From: Macrostomum lignano
Lineage: Eukaryota
Direction of reading: 5' to 3'
Assembly (NCBI GenBank): GCA_002269645.1
Contig: NIVC01002891.1
Coordinates: forward strand, 67,522-131,521
Length of the DNA stretch: 64,000 nucleotides
Shown here: positions 43,600 through 55,900 of the stretch, piece after piece
Position numbering within the stretch: position 1 is the stretch's first letter
Layout: the number at the start of each line of letters is the position of its first letter
Notes under the pieces: model-generated
Database searches by the model: none
What the model was told of the DNA's origin: nothing
What the model saw: only the letters and a program-made list of their open reading frames with translations
Made by a program: the position numbers and the translations under genes

Positions 43600-45075
43600 T
43601 TAGAACACTCTCAGGAGAGCACCGGCCCCGGAATAACCCAACTGTTTATTTAAAGTTGGTTGCCAGTTTTTAATGTACATAGCTTCAATAATCTTAAGGC
43701 GATGATCGATATTGCAACTGTGTATGATAGTAAACCTATCCTTTTGTTCACTGTTGGCGCATTCACTACAGGCCATAAGATGGTCTTGCACTGCTGATGG
43801 CTTTAACCAGTGTTCTCTGCCCCTAACATACAAGTGCCGTTTCGATTTACCTAGGTAGGTAACTCTCTGATCAACAGAGCACTGGAATTGGTAGACGACA
43901 CCTGCACGTAGTTGCAGAGGCACACGGCTTTTGAGCTTAGAGACATACTGGCCAACTTTATCGCAATAAAAGGTGATTCTCAGATTATCATTAGAAAACT
44001 GCTTAAAGCACCGGAGGAGCGCTTTCTTAAAACTGATCGAAGCCTCGCCAAAGTAGGGGATAGAAAGGTGCCTATATTTGGTCTGAAACTGATCTTGCTG
44101 TTGTTCATTCACATTGGATTTTTGCAAATGTAATTTTTGGTTGAGAAACTTTTTAAGATGGTAGCTAAGCAGAGATTCTGGGTAATCATTCATACGGAAA
44201 TATTTAGTGAGATTAGTCACTTCTTCATGGAAATTCTTCCAGCTGTTAGAAATTTCAAAAGCCCGGTGGAGCATGCAGCGAACCAGGCCGATTTTCCACT
44301 GCTTCGGGCAGATCGAATTAAAGTTAAGCAGAAGGCCGGTGAAGGTTGGTTTTCTATAAACTTTGGTCGAAAGCTGCTGACCTTCAATGTTAATGTCAAT
44401 GTCAAGGAACGGTATGGTTTTTCCGCCTCCCTCAACAGTGAATTTGATGTTAGGATGCGTGTTATTTAACAAATCAAGGAACTTGGTGTGGTCCGCTTTT
44501 TTGTCAAAGATCAAAAGCGTGTCATCGACATATCTCTGATAGAATTTAGGAGCGCAGTCGCTTCTCAGCCATTCCTTCTCCCAATTGGAGAGGCAAATGT
44601 TGGCAAGCGTTGGGGCAAGGGGGCTTCCCATGGCGCATCCGTCGATTTGGCGGTAATACTTATCTTGAAAAAGGAAAATTCCGCTAGTGGCCATGACCAT
44701 GAGCTTACGGAACTGATCTTTGCTATACGATGGTCTAGAGCCTTCTTTCGAGTAGACTAAGTCAGTAGCCAGATCAATGGCGAGATTTAGCGGAATGTTA
44801 GTGAACAGTGAGACAATATCAAAGCTAAAAAGCCTATCATCATCATTGAACTCGACCTCAGATAGCGAGTTCAAAAATTCTTTACTCGAGTTAACATGAT
44901 AGTCACGTTCAATGTGCGGCTTAATGAGGCTATCCAAGAACTTGGCTAACTGATATTCAGCAGTGTTGACCATAGACACAATAGGTCGCAGTGGTTTATC
45001 GGGCTTGTGCACTTTGCACATGCCATACATCTGACCTGGTTGGCTGCCGCTTGGGTAGATTTTATAATAAGTATC
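43600..45075 (-). pseudogene. Inverted 5'-truncated duplicate of the Penelope ORF (C-terminal ~490 aa)
   Basis: Translation matches 45591-48077 from PDTYYKIYP to the stop; N-terminal half absent. Confidence 0.9.
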
Positions 45076-45340
45076 AGGTATGTTAGGGGCAGAGAACACT
45101 GGTTAAAGCCATCAGCAGTGCAAGACCATCTTATGGCCTGTAGTGAATGCGCCAACAGTGAACAAAAGGATAGGTTTACTATCATACACAGTTGCAATAT
45201 CGATCATCGCCTTAAGATTATTGAAGCTATGTACATTAAAAACTGGCAACCAACTTTAAATAAACAGTTGGGTTATTCCGGGGCCGGTGCTCTCCTGAGA
45301 GTGTTCTAAACGTACACCCACTACCCGGCTCTCTCTCTCT

Positions 45341-45426
<86 letters not shown>

Positions 45427-45552
45427 GTCTCGGTTTTGATCTGTTGACTCCCCCGTGTTTTGTTATTACGATCTTGTGCATCACTGACTATCTGCCACTG
45501 AAATGTATTTATACTCTACGTTTTGACTTAAATTAAATAAATTCAAATCTGC

Positions 45553-45584
45553 CTGATGATGCCTAAAGTTAGGCGAAACATGTC
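45553..45584 (+). ncRNA. Minimal type I hammerhead ribozyme motif in internal pLTR
   Basis: CTGATGA-T-GCCTAAAGTTAGGC-GAAA-CATGTC: core, stem II, palindromic ACATGT stem III, GUC triplet; stem I weak. Confidence 0.7.
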
Positions 45585-45590
45585 GTTCTA

Positions 45591-48077
45591 ATGAAAATGC
45601 TCGCAATCTCCTTTCTTTTACTTCTCATTATCAAGCGTGCTGTTCTACCAGAATTCTACTTTCAAGTGAGCCAACGCTATGACGTGACAGTCCAAAGCCT
45701 GCGGAAATTGGAAAGAACTGCTACCTGTCTACTGAAATGCCATCTAGACCAACGGTTCCTGTTGAAATGCCTTGAACTGCAGCTTACGCCTAAGTTTGTG
45801 CGCTTCAAAGTGCCTCAATCTGTAGTGTTCAGAAACTTAAAAGGCGTCCATGCTAACTTAGTCAATAAGCAATTCACCTACTGCAAGCAGAAAGATAAGA
45901 AGCTTACTAAGTCGTTAAAGCATCAGAAGCTTCTCCTACGCCAAAAGACCGGCATTTTAACGTATGCAGCAGTCGTGCATTTGATCAACAAGCAAGCCAG
46001 GAAGATCAATGAGACAGCTGTACAAAAACAACAAGGCAAACTTCGCAATCTATGGGTTGAGAAGACGAAACACGGTCCTGACTCCGTCACCAATCTCTCG
46101 GATCACGAGCTAACCATCGCGGAGAAGAATGCTCTTCAGTTTGGTCTCAACCAGCCTGTTCTGCCACCTCGCCTTCCTCGCATCAACATCCAAGCTGCTA
46201 TCGAGGACGTGGTAAGTGGAGGTACGATTGGGAACACTGACGGAGGCACGGATACCGGAATCAAACCTGAATTCAAAAACCACTTAATTACTGCTAGTGA
46301 TAACTTCTTTGCCAAGGCGCAAAACTACATTAATAACAAGGCCAATCGCTTGCTGCACTGTACTTTGAGATCTTTGAAAAACAATGAAAATATCCGCATA
46401 CTTAAATACGATAAAGGTAACGGCACTGCCATCTTGAATGTCACTGACTACAATGAAAAGATGAGAAGCATTTTAAGTGACGGATCTAAGTTTAAGTGTC
46501 TCGGGGAACATTCTTTAGTTACTACCTCGCACCCTATCTTAAAAAATGAGCGCAAAATTCAAACCTTTCTTTCCCAGCATATCAAAAAACACGTTAAGCC
46601 TGATACTTATTATAAAATCTACCCAAGCGGCAGCCAACCAGGTCAGATGTATGGCATGTGCAAAGTGCACAAGCCCGATAAACCACTGCGACCTATTGTG
46701 TCTATGGTCAACACTGCTGAATATCAGTTAGCCAAGTTCTTGGATAGCCTCATTAAGCCGCACATTGAACGTGACTATCATGTTAACTCGAGTAAAGAAT
46801 TTTTGAACTCGCTATCTGAGGTCGAGTTCAATGATGATGATAGGCTTTTTAGCTTTGATATTGTCTCACTGTTCACTAACATTCCGCTAAATCTCGCCAT
46901 TGATCTGGCTACTGACTTAGTCTACTCGAAAGAAGGCTCTAGACCATCGTATAGCAAAGATCAGTTCCGTAAGCTCATGGTCATGGCCACTAGCGGAATT
47001 TTCCTTTTTCAAGATAAGTATTACCGCCAAATCGACGGATGCGCCATGGGAAGCCCCCTTGCCCCAACGCTTGCCAACATTTGCCTCTCCAATTGGGAGA
47101 AGGAATGGCTGAGAAGCGACTGCGCTCCTAAATTCTATCAGAGATATGTCGATGACACGCTTTTGATCTTTGACAAAAAAGCGGACCACACCAAGTTCCT
47201 TGATTTGTTAAATAACACGCATCCTAACATCAAATTCACTGTTGAGGGAGGCGGAAAAACCATACCGTTCCTTGACATTGACATTAACATTGAAGGTCAG
47301 CAGCTTTCGACCAAAGTTTATAGAAAACCAACCTTCACCGGCCTTCTGCTTAACTTTAATTCGATCTGCCCGAAGCAGTGGAAAATCGGCCTGGTTCGCT
47401 GCATGCTCCACCGGGCTTTTGAAATTTCTAACAGCTGGAAGAATTTCCATGAAGAAGTGACTAATCTCACTAAATATTTCCGTATGAATGATTACCCAGA
47501 ATCTCTGCTTAGCTACCATCTTAAAAAGTTTCTCAACCAAAAATTACATTTGCAAAAATCCAATGTGAATGAACAACAGCAAGATCAGTTTCAGACCAAA
47601 TATAGGCACCTTTCTATCCCCTACTTTGGCGAGGCTTCGATCAGTTTTAAGAAAGCGCTCCTCCGGTGCTTTAAGCAGTTTTCTAATGATAATCTGAGAA
47701 TCACCTTTTATTGCGATAAAGTTGGCCAGTATGTCTCTAAGCTCAAAAGCCGTGTGCCTCTGCAACTACGTGCAGGTGTCGTCTACCAATTCCAGTGCTC
47801 TGTTGATCAGAGAGTTACCTACCTAGGTAAATCGAAACGGCACTTGTATGTTAGGGGCAGAGAACACTGGTTAAAGCCATCAGCAGTGCAAGACCATCTT
47901 ATGGCCTGTAGTGAATGCGCCAACAGTGAACAAAAGGATAGGTTTACTATCATACACAGTTGCAATATCGATCATCGCCTTAAGATTATTGAAGCTATGT
48001 ACATTAAAAACTGGCAACCAACTTTAAATAAACAGTTGGGTTATTCCGGGGCCGGTGCTCTCCTGAGAGTGTTCTAA
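45591..48077 (+). CDS. Penelope-like RT + GIY-YIG endonuclease, 828 aa, open
   Basis: KPLRPIVS, SFDIVSLFTNIP, GCAMGSPLAPTLAN, RYVDDT, PFLD, YRKPTFTG; GIY-YIG GVVYQFQC..YLGKSKRHLYVRGREH..IEAMYIKNWQPTLN. Confidence 0.95.
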   Translation: MKMLAISFLLLLIIKRAVLPEFYFQVSQRYDVTVQSLRKLERTATCLLKCHLDQRFLLKCLELQLTPKFVRFKVPQSVVFRNLKGVHANLVNKQFTYCKQKDKKLTKSLKHQKLLLRQKTGILTYAAVVHLINKQARKINETAVQKQQGKLRNLWVEKTKHGPDSVTNLSDHELTIAEKNALQFGLNQPVLPPRLPRINIQAAIEDVVSGGTIGNTDGGTDTGIKPEFKNHLITASDNFFAKAQNYINNKANRLLHCTLRSLKNNENIRILKYDKGNGTAILNVTDYNEKMRSILSDGSKFKCLGEHSLVTTSHPILKNERKIQTFLSQHIKKHVKPDTYYKIYPSGSQPGQMYGMCKVHKPDKPLRPIVSMVNTAEYQLAKFLDSLIKPHIERDYHVNSSKEFLNSLSEVEFNDDDRLFSFDIVSLFTNIPLNLAIDLATDLVYSKEGSRPSYSKDQFRKLMVMATSGIFLFQDKYYRQIDGCAMGSPLAPTLANICLSNWEKEWLRSDCAPKFYQRYVDDTLLIFDKKADHTKFLDLLNNTHPNIKFTVEGGGKTIPFLDIDINIEGQQLSTKVYRKPTFTGLLLNFNSICPKQWKIGLVRCMLHRAFEISNSWKNFHEEVTNLTKYFRMNDYPESLLSYHLKKFLNQKLHLQKSNVNEQQQDQFQTKYRHLSIPYFGEASISFKKALLRCFKQFSNDNLRITFYCDKVGQYVSKLKSRVPLQLRAGVVYQFQCSVDQRVTYLGKSKRHLYVRGREHWLKPSAVQDHLMACSECANSEQKDRFTIIHSCNIDHRLKIIEAMYIKNWQPTLNKQLGYSGAGALLRVF

Positions 48078-48096
48078 ACGTACACCCACTACCCGG

Positions 48097-48142
<46 letters not shown>

Positions 48143-48278
48143 TTCTCTGTCTGTCTCGGTTTTGATCTGTTGACTCCCCCGTGTTTTGTTATTACGATCT
48201 TGTGCATCACTGACTATCTGCCACTGAAATGTATTTATACTCTACGTTTTGACTTAAATTAAATAAATTCCAATCTGC

Positions 48279-48310
48279 CCGATGATGCCTAAAGTTAGGC
48301 GAAACATGTC
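48279..48310 (+). ncRNA. Hammerhead motif variant (CCGATGA) in 3' pLTR
   Basis: Same as 45553-45584 but core U4->C. Confidence 0.55.
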
Positions 48311-48849
48311 GTTCTAATGAAAATGCTCGCAATCTCCTTTCTTTTAAAGCTAAATGTAGCTACCATTTCCTAATCTATAGGGGCAGAAGTTCTACTTTTG
48401 TGTCCCTGTTAGATTTTTATCCCATGATAAAATTAGCAAGACTTGATACATAAATTACTTAGATACTAGAACTGTAATTTAATTTGTGGTGGTTTGATTA
48501 AGTTGTATTATGATATTAATTCAGATACCCCAGCAAATTCTGATACCCCCCGCTCCACTTAGTTATGTAATTTAAAAATTTTGCATTTCAAATGCTAGCC
48601 TGCCTCATTCTACTTAGATCCTGCGTGGGTTTGGTCCAACTCGGATGGCAAGGGATCACAGGGGACGCGCAGAGTTATTCACGGGTCCAGGCCGCGTGCA
48701 CAACCATAATGCAAGCTATTTATAAATATATATTGAGCTAGTACTCCCAGGCAAATGTTGTTCTATATTACATTTGGCTCATATCTTTCCTATGATGAAA
48801 CTAGCTCGTGACGAGTGAGCATACATTTTACCTATCAAATTTTCTCTTA

Positions 48850-49400
48850 CAGTTAAATTAAGAGATGAAGAAGGCAGGGAACGAATCGATGATGGATGTA
48901 CCTTCGCCACTTAGGACCACAATTAGCCTCAACCATTGCACTCAAAAGCGAGCGGTAATGAACCAGTTTGAACTCAGACAATTCAAATTCACCTGAAAGT
49001 GTCAGAAATTCGGGCAATGAGTAATTAACGGCCGAAAACTCAAGACACTGCAGGATGCGCCGATGGCGCGGTTGCTGAAGCACAAGGCCCACCAAGCAAT
49101 TAGGGCAGGAGGGCGAACATCACAGGCCACGCTTTTCAAGCCATGTCAAACTTGAGCTGATTGAATCAATGGAACAAAAATTCTCCCGGATGTTGAAACT
49201 GACAAATTGTTCGTCAAGAGAGGGGCTGCAGCTTGAGAGAGGGACCCTTCTATGTATCGGGAGGAGAGACTGGCGAAAATTAGTCCGAGACTAATTATTA
49301 ACTCTCACGCGCAAGCTATAGAGAGCTTACACCGGAACTTACGGAAGCTTTAATGGGCCCAATCACTGTTCAAACACTTATCAATGACTATTAAAATACA
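48850..49400 (+). mobile_element. Highly degraded LINE reverse-transcriptase relic
   Basis: Fragmented motifs RTTISLNHC..CQKFG..GRK and GS..MGP..LIND resemble YRPISL / QHGF..GRS / QGS.LGP.LF..IND. Confidence 0.3.
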
Positions 49401-49925
49401 CTAAAATAGAATTTTATGACCTCCACAATTGCGTTAGCTAATTTAGTAGGCACCAAATGCGCTAGTGCTTATGGTGATAAAAGGGCCTCATGAGTGTTAA
49501 CGAGAATCAGAGCCACTTAATTGTTTAGTTTGCAAGCAAAAAGAGAATCAGAAAAAGCATCAAGACACACTGAAGACTTTACTAAATGGAAGGCATTTTA
49601 CTGCAAGCTGCTCGTGGCGTCTGCAGTGGCCATCTATACGCGAAGTTGAAAAAATAAAAGAGGGGCGGCTGCAGATAACAGGTGCGTCAGACAGAGGCAT
49701 GGAGTCCCAGGTGGACTTTGGCATCTGGATTGGAAACAAACCAGATTGCAGACACCCAGGCATCTATGCTCTGAACTCCGCGACTCTTGTTTTCCAGCTT
49801 CCATGCCCCTCTGTCTCTCTGTGTTCGTATTTTTGCAATTGTCTCACTCCTCTGCTTCATAAATGTGAGCGCGAGCGCAGCAGCTGCGCAGACCTAAAAA
49901 ACTTCAACCAGCGCACCTGCCCAGA

Positions 49926-52900
49926 ATGGCCCAGTCAACTCGATCAGGTTCGGGCGGGTCCGCTGACAGTCGTTTCGAATTACCCGCCATCAACACCCGG
50001 CACAACCCGCACCCACACAGGTGCGTCCACATCAGCTCCCTGCACGGCTGCCAGGTGCCCAGCGTGGTCGATGATCAAATGCCACTGCATCTGCACGTGT
50101 GAGTTCCTTTGGTGCTGAGTTCCTTTGGTGCTGAGTTCCTTTGTTGCTGAGTTCCTTTGTTGCTGAGTTCCTTTGTTGCTGAGTTCCTTTGGTACTGAGT
50201 TCCTTTGTTGCTGAGTTCCTTTGTTGCTGAGTTCCTTTGGTACTGAGTTCCTTTGTTGCTGAGTTCCTTTGTTGCTGAGTTCCTTTGGTACTGAGTTCCT
50301 TTGTTGCTGAGTTCCTTTGTTGCTGAGTTCCTTTGTTTCTGAGTTCCTTTGTTGCTGAGTTCCTTTGTTGCTGAGTTCCTTTGTTGCTGAGTTCCTTTGG
50401 TACTGAGTTCCTTTGTTGCTGAGTTCCTTTGTTGCTGAGTTCCTTTGGTACTGAGTTCCTTTGTTGCTGAGTTCCTTTGTTGCTGAGTTCCTTTGGTGCT
50501 GAGTTCCTTTGGTACTGAGTTCCTTTGTTGCTGAGTTCCTTTGGTGCTGAGTTCCTTTGTTGCTGAGTTCCTTTGTTGCTGAGTTCCTTTGTTGCTGAGT
50601 TCCTTTGTTGCTGAGTTCCTTTGGTACTGAGTTCCTTTGGTGCTGAGTTCCTTTGGTGCTGAGTTCCTTTGTTGCTGAGTTCCTTTGGTGCTGAGTTCCT
50701 TTGGTGCTGAGTTCCTTTGTTGCTGAGTTCCTTTGGTACTGAGTTCCTTTGTTGCTGAGTTCCTTTGGTACTGAGTTCCCTTGTTGCTGAGTTCCTTTGT
50801 TGCTGAGTTCCTTTGGTGCTGAGTTCCTTTGTTGCTGAGTTCCTTTGGTGCTGAGTTTCTGTTCGTGGGTGCTGAGTATCTGTTCGTGGGTGCTGAGGAT
50901 CTGTTCGTGGGTGCTGAGTACCTGTTTGTGGGTGCTGAGTACCTGTTCGTGGGTGCTGAGTACCTGTTCGTGGGTGCTGAGTACCTGTTCGTGGGTGCTG
51001 AGTACCTGTTCGTGGGTGCTGAGTACCTGTTCGTGGGTGCTGAGTACCTGTTCGTGGGTGCTGAGTACCTGTTCGTGGGTGCTGAGTACCTGTTCGTGGG
51101 TGCTGAGTACCTGTTCGTGGGTGCTGAGTACCTGTTCGTGGGTGCTGAGTACTTTTTCTTGGGTGCGACTCTGAATTCCTGCTCTCCAGATGCGTTCAAT
51201 TCGCTTTCCTGTATCAATACTAAATATTCGTTAAAAACCAAAATTGAAATGAAATTTATAGAATTTTAATTTTTTTTTGCGCACTACTGACAGACAATAA
51301 TTACCAATAAAAAGCAGTACATTGAGAGTTTAGCTGATCTTCAATTAAACTTGCTGGAAATCCGCTCAGCTGCTACCCGACAGCCCGGCCGGAGGTGCTG
51401 CGCGCGGCCGCTGCCAAGCCCAGCGAGCAGCTCAACGGTCTGGCGAAACCTGAGCACCTTGAGCAGTTTTCTCGGCTGCTGGCTAAGGATAAGTCCGAGT
51501 CCTGTAGTGCCTGGCGCGGTGCGCTGTCCAGCCTCACCCGGGAGACTTTCGGCGTCGGCGGCGACGGCAGCAGCAGTGACGGCGCCGTTCCGGAACGGCC
51601 CAGCCGGACTCGAGCGGGTGAAACTCGGTTTTTCGGGGTGATAGTCTAGAGTGCCAGAAGGGTGACGGAAGGGTTACAACACAGAGTGACAGAAGGGTGA
51701 CGGCAGAGGGTGCTATAACAGTGACACTACTATGGCCTCTCTCTGCCTCTCTCCCTGCCTCTCTCCCTGCCTCTCTCCCTGCCTCTCTCCCTGCCTCTCT
51801 CCCTGCCTCTCTCCCTGCCTCTCTCCCTGCCTCTCTCCTTGCCTCTCTCCCTGCCTCTCTCCCTGCCTCTCTCGCTGCTTCTCTCGCTGCTTCTCTCCCT
51901 GCCTCTCTCCCTGCCTCTCTCCCTGCCTCTCTCCCTGCCTCTCTCCCTGCCTCTCTCTCTGCCTCTCTCCCTGCCTCTCTCCCTGCCTCTCTCCCTGCCT
52001 CTCTCCCTGCCTCTCTCGCTGCTTCTCTCGCTGCTTCTCTCCCTGCCTCTCTCCCTGCCTCTCTCCCTGCCTCTCTCCCTGCCTCTCTCCCTGCCTCTCT
52101 CCCTGCCTCTCTCCCTGCCTCTCTCCCTGCCTCTCCCCCTGCCTCTCCAGATTAAGAAATTAACCCAAGCCTGTGTAAAGCTGTTCGTCCTTAAAATAAG
52201 CACTATATTGTTGTTTATTTATCACCGTCCTCATACCTAGAGACAAAGAAGTTGGATTGTTTTTCTCTCTATAGGTACTTTAGTTTGTAAAATGTAATAA
52301 CAAATGGAATGAGAATAGCATCATAATAATTATGTACATATTTCTAACAGTGTACAATGCTGGTTACAAACGGTAAATCAGAATAGTTCTGTGAGAATCC
52401 GACTTGACAAAGTTTCGTTTCAATGAAACGATCGATTATTTATAATTGGGCTTGGGGTGGTCTGCTAGCCTCGGTGTACAATGGAAATGGAGAAGCTGTC
52501 TGATTGGTCGGACAGCCGGACCTCTCTCAGACTCTTGCCCATTGAACCTCCACCCCAACCCCCAACCCAGACTGTTGCATTAGCACAAGGGTTTGCAAAG
52601 GCAATTTTCAAATTATCATTCTAAATAATTAGGGGTGGGTACACTGCACAATATAAACTCATACGTCTTCAACCATCGTGTGTGTTTCAATACCGATTGC
52701 CAATCTAATTGACTGAGCGAATTGTCAAAAATGTCAGCTCGACTGCGTCCGTTGTTGATTGCGTTGGCTCTTTGGGCCTCATTGACGCTGGCAGCCCCTC
52801 CCTTTGGAACTGACACCGGTAACAACGGCAGTGACGACGATTGGAAAGTATCCGAAACTGGTGCTGGCAGCAAGGACGACGATTTAAAAGTGTTCAAAAC

Positions 52901-55900
52901 CGGTGCTGGAAGCAAGGACGACGACTGGAAAGTGTCCAAAACCGGTGCTGGCAGTAAGCAAAACGCTGGTACCAAAGACGACGACTCAAATGTGGCCAAA
53001 ACCGGTGCTGCTAAAAAGAACGATGACTGGAAAGTGTCCAAAACCAATGCTGGCAGCAAGGACGACGACTGGAAAGTGTCCAAAACCAATCCTGGCAGCA
53101 AGGACGACGACTGGAAAGTGTCCAAAACCTATGCTGGCAGCAAGGACGACGACTGGAAAGTGTCCAAAACCAATCCTGGCAGCAAGGACGACGACTGGAA
53201 AGTGTCCAAAACCAATGCTGGCAGCAAGAACGACGACTGGAAAGTGTCCAAAACCAATGCTGGCAGCAAGAACGACGACTGGAAAGTGTCCAAAACCAAC
53301 GCTGGCAGCAAGAACGACGATTGGAAAGTGCCCAAAACCAATCCTGGCAGCAAAGACGACGACTGGAAAGTGTCCAAAACCAATGCTGGCAGCAAGAACG
53401 ACGATTGGAAAGTGCCCAAAACCAATCCTGGCAGCAAGGACGACGACTGGAAAGTGTCCAAAACCAATGCTGGCAGCAAGAACGACGATTGGAAAGTGCC
53501 CAAAACCAATCCTGGCAGCAAGGACAACGACTGGAAAGTGTCCAAAACCAATCCTGGCAGCAAGGACGACGACTGGAAAGTGCCAAAAACATATGCTGGC
53601 AGCAAGAACGACGACTGGAAAGTGTCCAAAACCAATGCTGGCAGCAAGAACGACGACTGGAAAGTGTCCAAAACCAATGCTGGGAGCAAGAACGACGATT
53701 CAAGGAAAGTGTCCAAAACCAATGCTGGCAGCAAGAACGACGATTGGAAAGTGCCCAAAACCAATCCTGGCAGCAAGGACGACGACTGGAAAGTGTCCAA
53801 AACCAATGCTGGCAGCAAGAACGACGATTGGAAAGTGCCCAAAACCAATCCTGGCAGCAAGGACAACGACTGGAAAGTGTCCAAAACCAATCCTGGCAGC
53901 AAGGACGACGACTGGAAAGTGCCAAAAACCAATGCTGGCAGCAAGAACGACGACTGGAAAGTGTCCAAAACCAATGCTGGCAGCAAGAACGACGACTGGA
54001 AAGTGTCCAAAACCAATGCTGGGAGCAAGAACGACGATTCAAGGAAAGTGTCCAGAACCAATGCTGGCAGCAAGAACGACGATTGGAAAGTGCCCAAAAC
54101 CAATCCTGGCAGCAAGGACGATGACTGGAAAGTGTCCAAAGCCGTTGCTGGCAACATGGAAAACACTGGTACCAAGGAAGAAGACTGGAAAGTGTCCAAA
54201 ACCGGTGCTGGCGATAAGGAAAAAAACACTGGTACCAAAGGCAAAGACGACTGGAAAGTGCCCAAAACCAATGCTGGCAGCAAGAACGACGACTGGAAAG
54301 TGTCCAAAACCAATGCTGGCAGCAAGAACGACGATTGGAAAGTGCCCAAAAGCGGTGTCGGTAGCAAGGACGACGACTGGAAAGTGCCCAAAACCAATGC
54401 TGGCAGCAAGGACAACGACTGGAAAGTGCCCAAGACCAATCCTGGCAGCAAGGACAACGACTGGAAAGTGCCCAAAACCAATGCTGGCAGCAAGGGCGAC
54501 GACTGGAAAGTGTCCAAAACCAATGCTGGCAGCAAGAACGACGACTGGAAAGTGCCCAAAAGCGGTGTCGGTAGCAAGGACGACGACTGGAAAGTGCCCA
54601 AAAACGGTGCTGGCAGCAAGAACGACGACTGGAAAGTGTCCAAAACCAATGCTGGCAGCAAGAACGACGACTGGAAAGTGTCCAAAACCAATGCTGGCAG
54701 CAAGAACGACGACTGGAAAGTGTCCAAAACCAATGCTGGCAGCAAGAACGACGACTGGAAAGTGCCCAAAACCAATACTGGCAGCAAGGACGACGACTGG
54801 AAAGTGTCCAAAACTGTTGCTGGCAACAAGGAAAACACTGGTACCAAGGACTACGACTGGAAAGTGTCCAAAACCAATGCTGGTAGCAAGAATGACGACT
54901 GGAAAGTGTCCAAAACCAATGCTGGCAGCAAGAACGACGACTGGAAAGTGTCCAAAACCAATGCTGGCAGCAAGAACGACGACTGGAAAGTGCCCAAAAC
55001 CAATACTGGCAGCAAGGACGACGACTGGAAAGTGTCCAAAACCAATGCTGGTAGCAAGAACGACGACTGGAAAGTGCCCAAAACCAATGCTGGTAGCAAG
55101 CACGACGATTGGAAAGTGTCCGAAACCGGTGCTGCTAAAAAGGACGACGACTTGAAAGAGTCCAAAACCGGTGCTGGAAGCAAGGACGACGACTGGAAAG
55201 TGGCAAAAACTGGTGCTGAGAGCAACGGAAAGAGTATCTGGAAGGCAGCCAGCACCGATTCTGAGAACAACAACAACTGGAAGGCAGCCAACACCGGTTC
55301 TGAGAGCAGCAACGACAACGGGAAGGCAGCGAACACCGGATCTGAGAGCAACAACGAAAACTGGAAGGCAGCCAGCACCGGTTCTGAGAGCAACAACAAC
55401 TGGAAGGCAGCCAACACCGGTTCTGAGAGCAGCAACGACAACGGGAAGGCAGCCAACACCGGTACTGAGAGCAACAACGACAACTGGAAGGCAGCCAACA
55501 CCGGTTCTGAAAGCAACAACGACAAATGGAAGGCAGCCAACACCGGTTCTGAAAGCAACAACGACAACTGGAAGGCAGCCAACACCGGTTCTGAAAGCAG
55601 CAACGACAACTGGAAGGCAGCCAACACCGGTACTGAAAGCAGCAACGACAACTGGAAGGCAGCCAACACCGGATCTGAGAGCAACGACAACTGGAAGGCA
55701 GCCAACACCGGTTCTGAAAGCAACAACGACAACTGGAAGGCAGCCAACACCGGTTCTGAAAGCAGCAACGACAACTGGAAGGCAGCCAACACCGGTTCTG
55801 AGAGCAACAGCGACAACTGGAAGGCAGCCAACACCGGTACTGAAAGCAGCAACGACAACTGGAAGGCAGCCAACACCGGTACTGAAAGCAGCAACGACAA

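Larger units (their letters stand above)
43304..48342 (+). mobile_element. Penelope-like retroelement: inverted 5'-truncated copy + pseudo-LTR + full ORF + pseudo-LTR
   Basis: Inverted copy 43304-45075; internal pLTR ~45076-45650; terminal pLTR to 48342; 15-bp TSD TTTAAAGCTAAATGT at 43289-43303 and 48343-48357. Confidence 0.93.

Noticed and set aside
45007-45309. Separate small GIY-YIG gene
   Set aside because: Chimeric ORF across the inversion junction; it is the pLTR copy of the Penelope ORF 3' end.
50075-51269. SAPTNRY / KELSNKG repeat ORFs
   Set aside because: Intronic 16- and 21-bp arrays of the TBATA-like gene.
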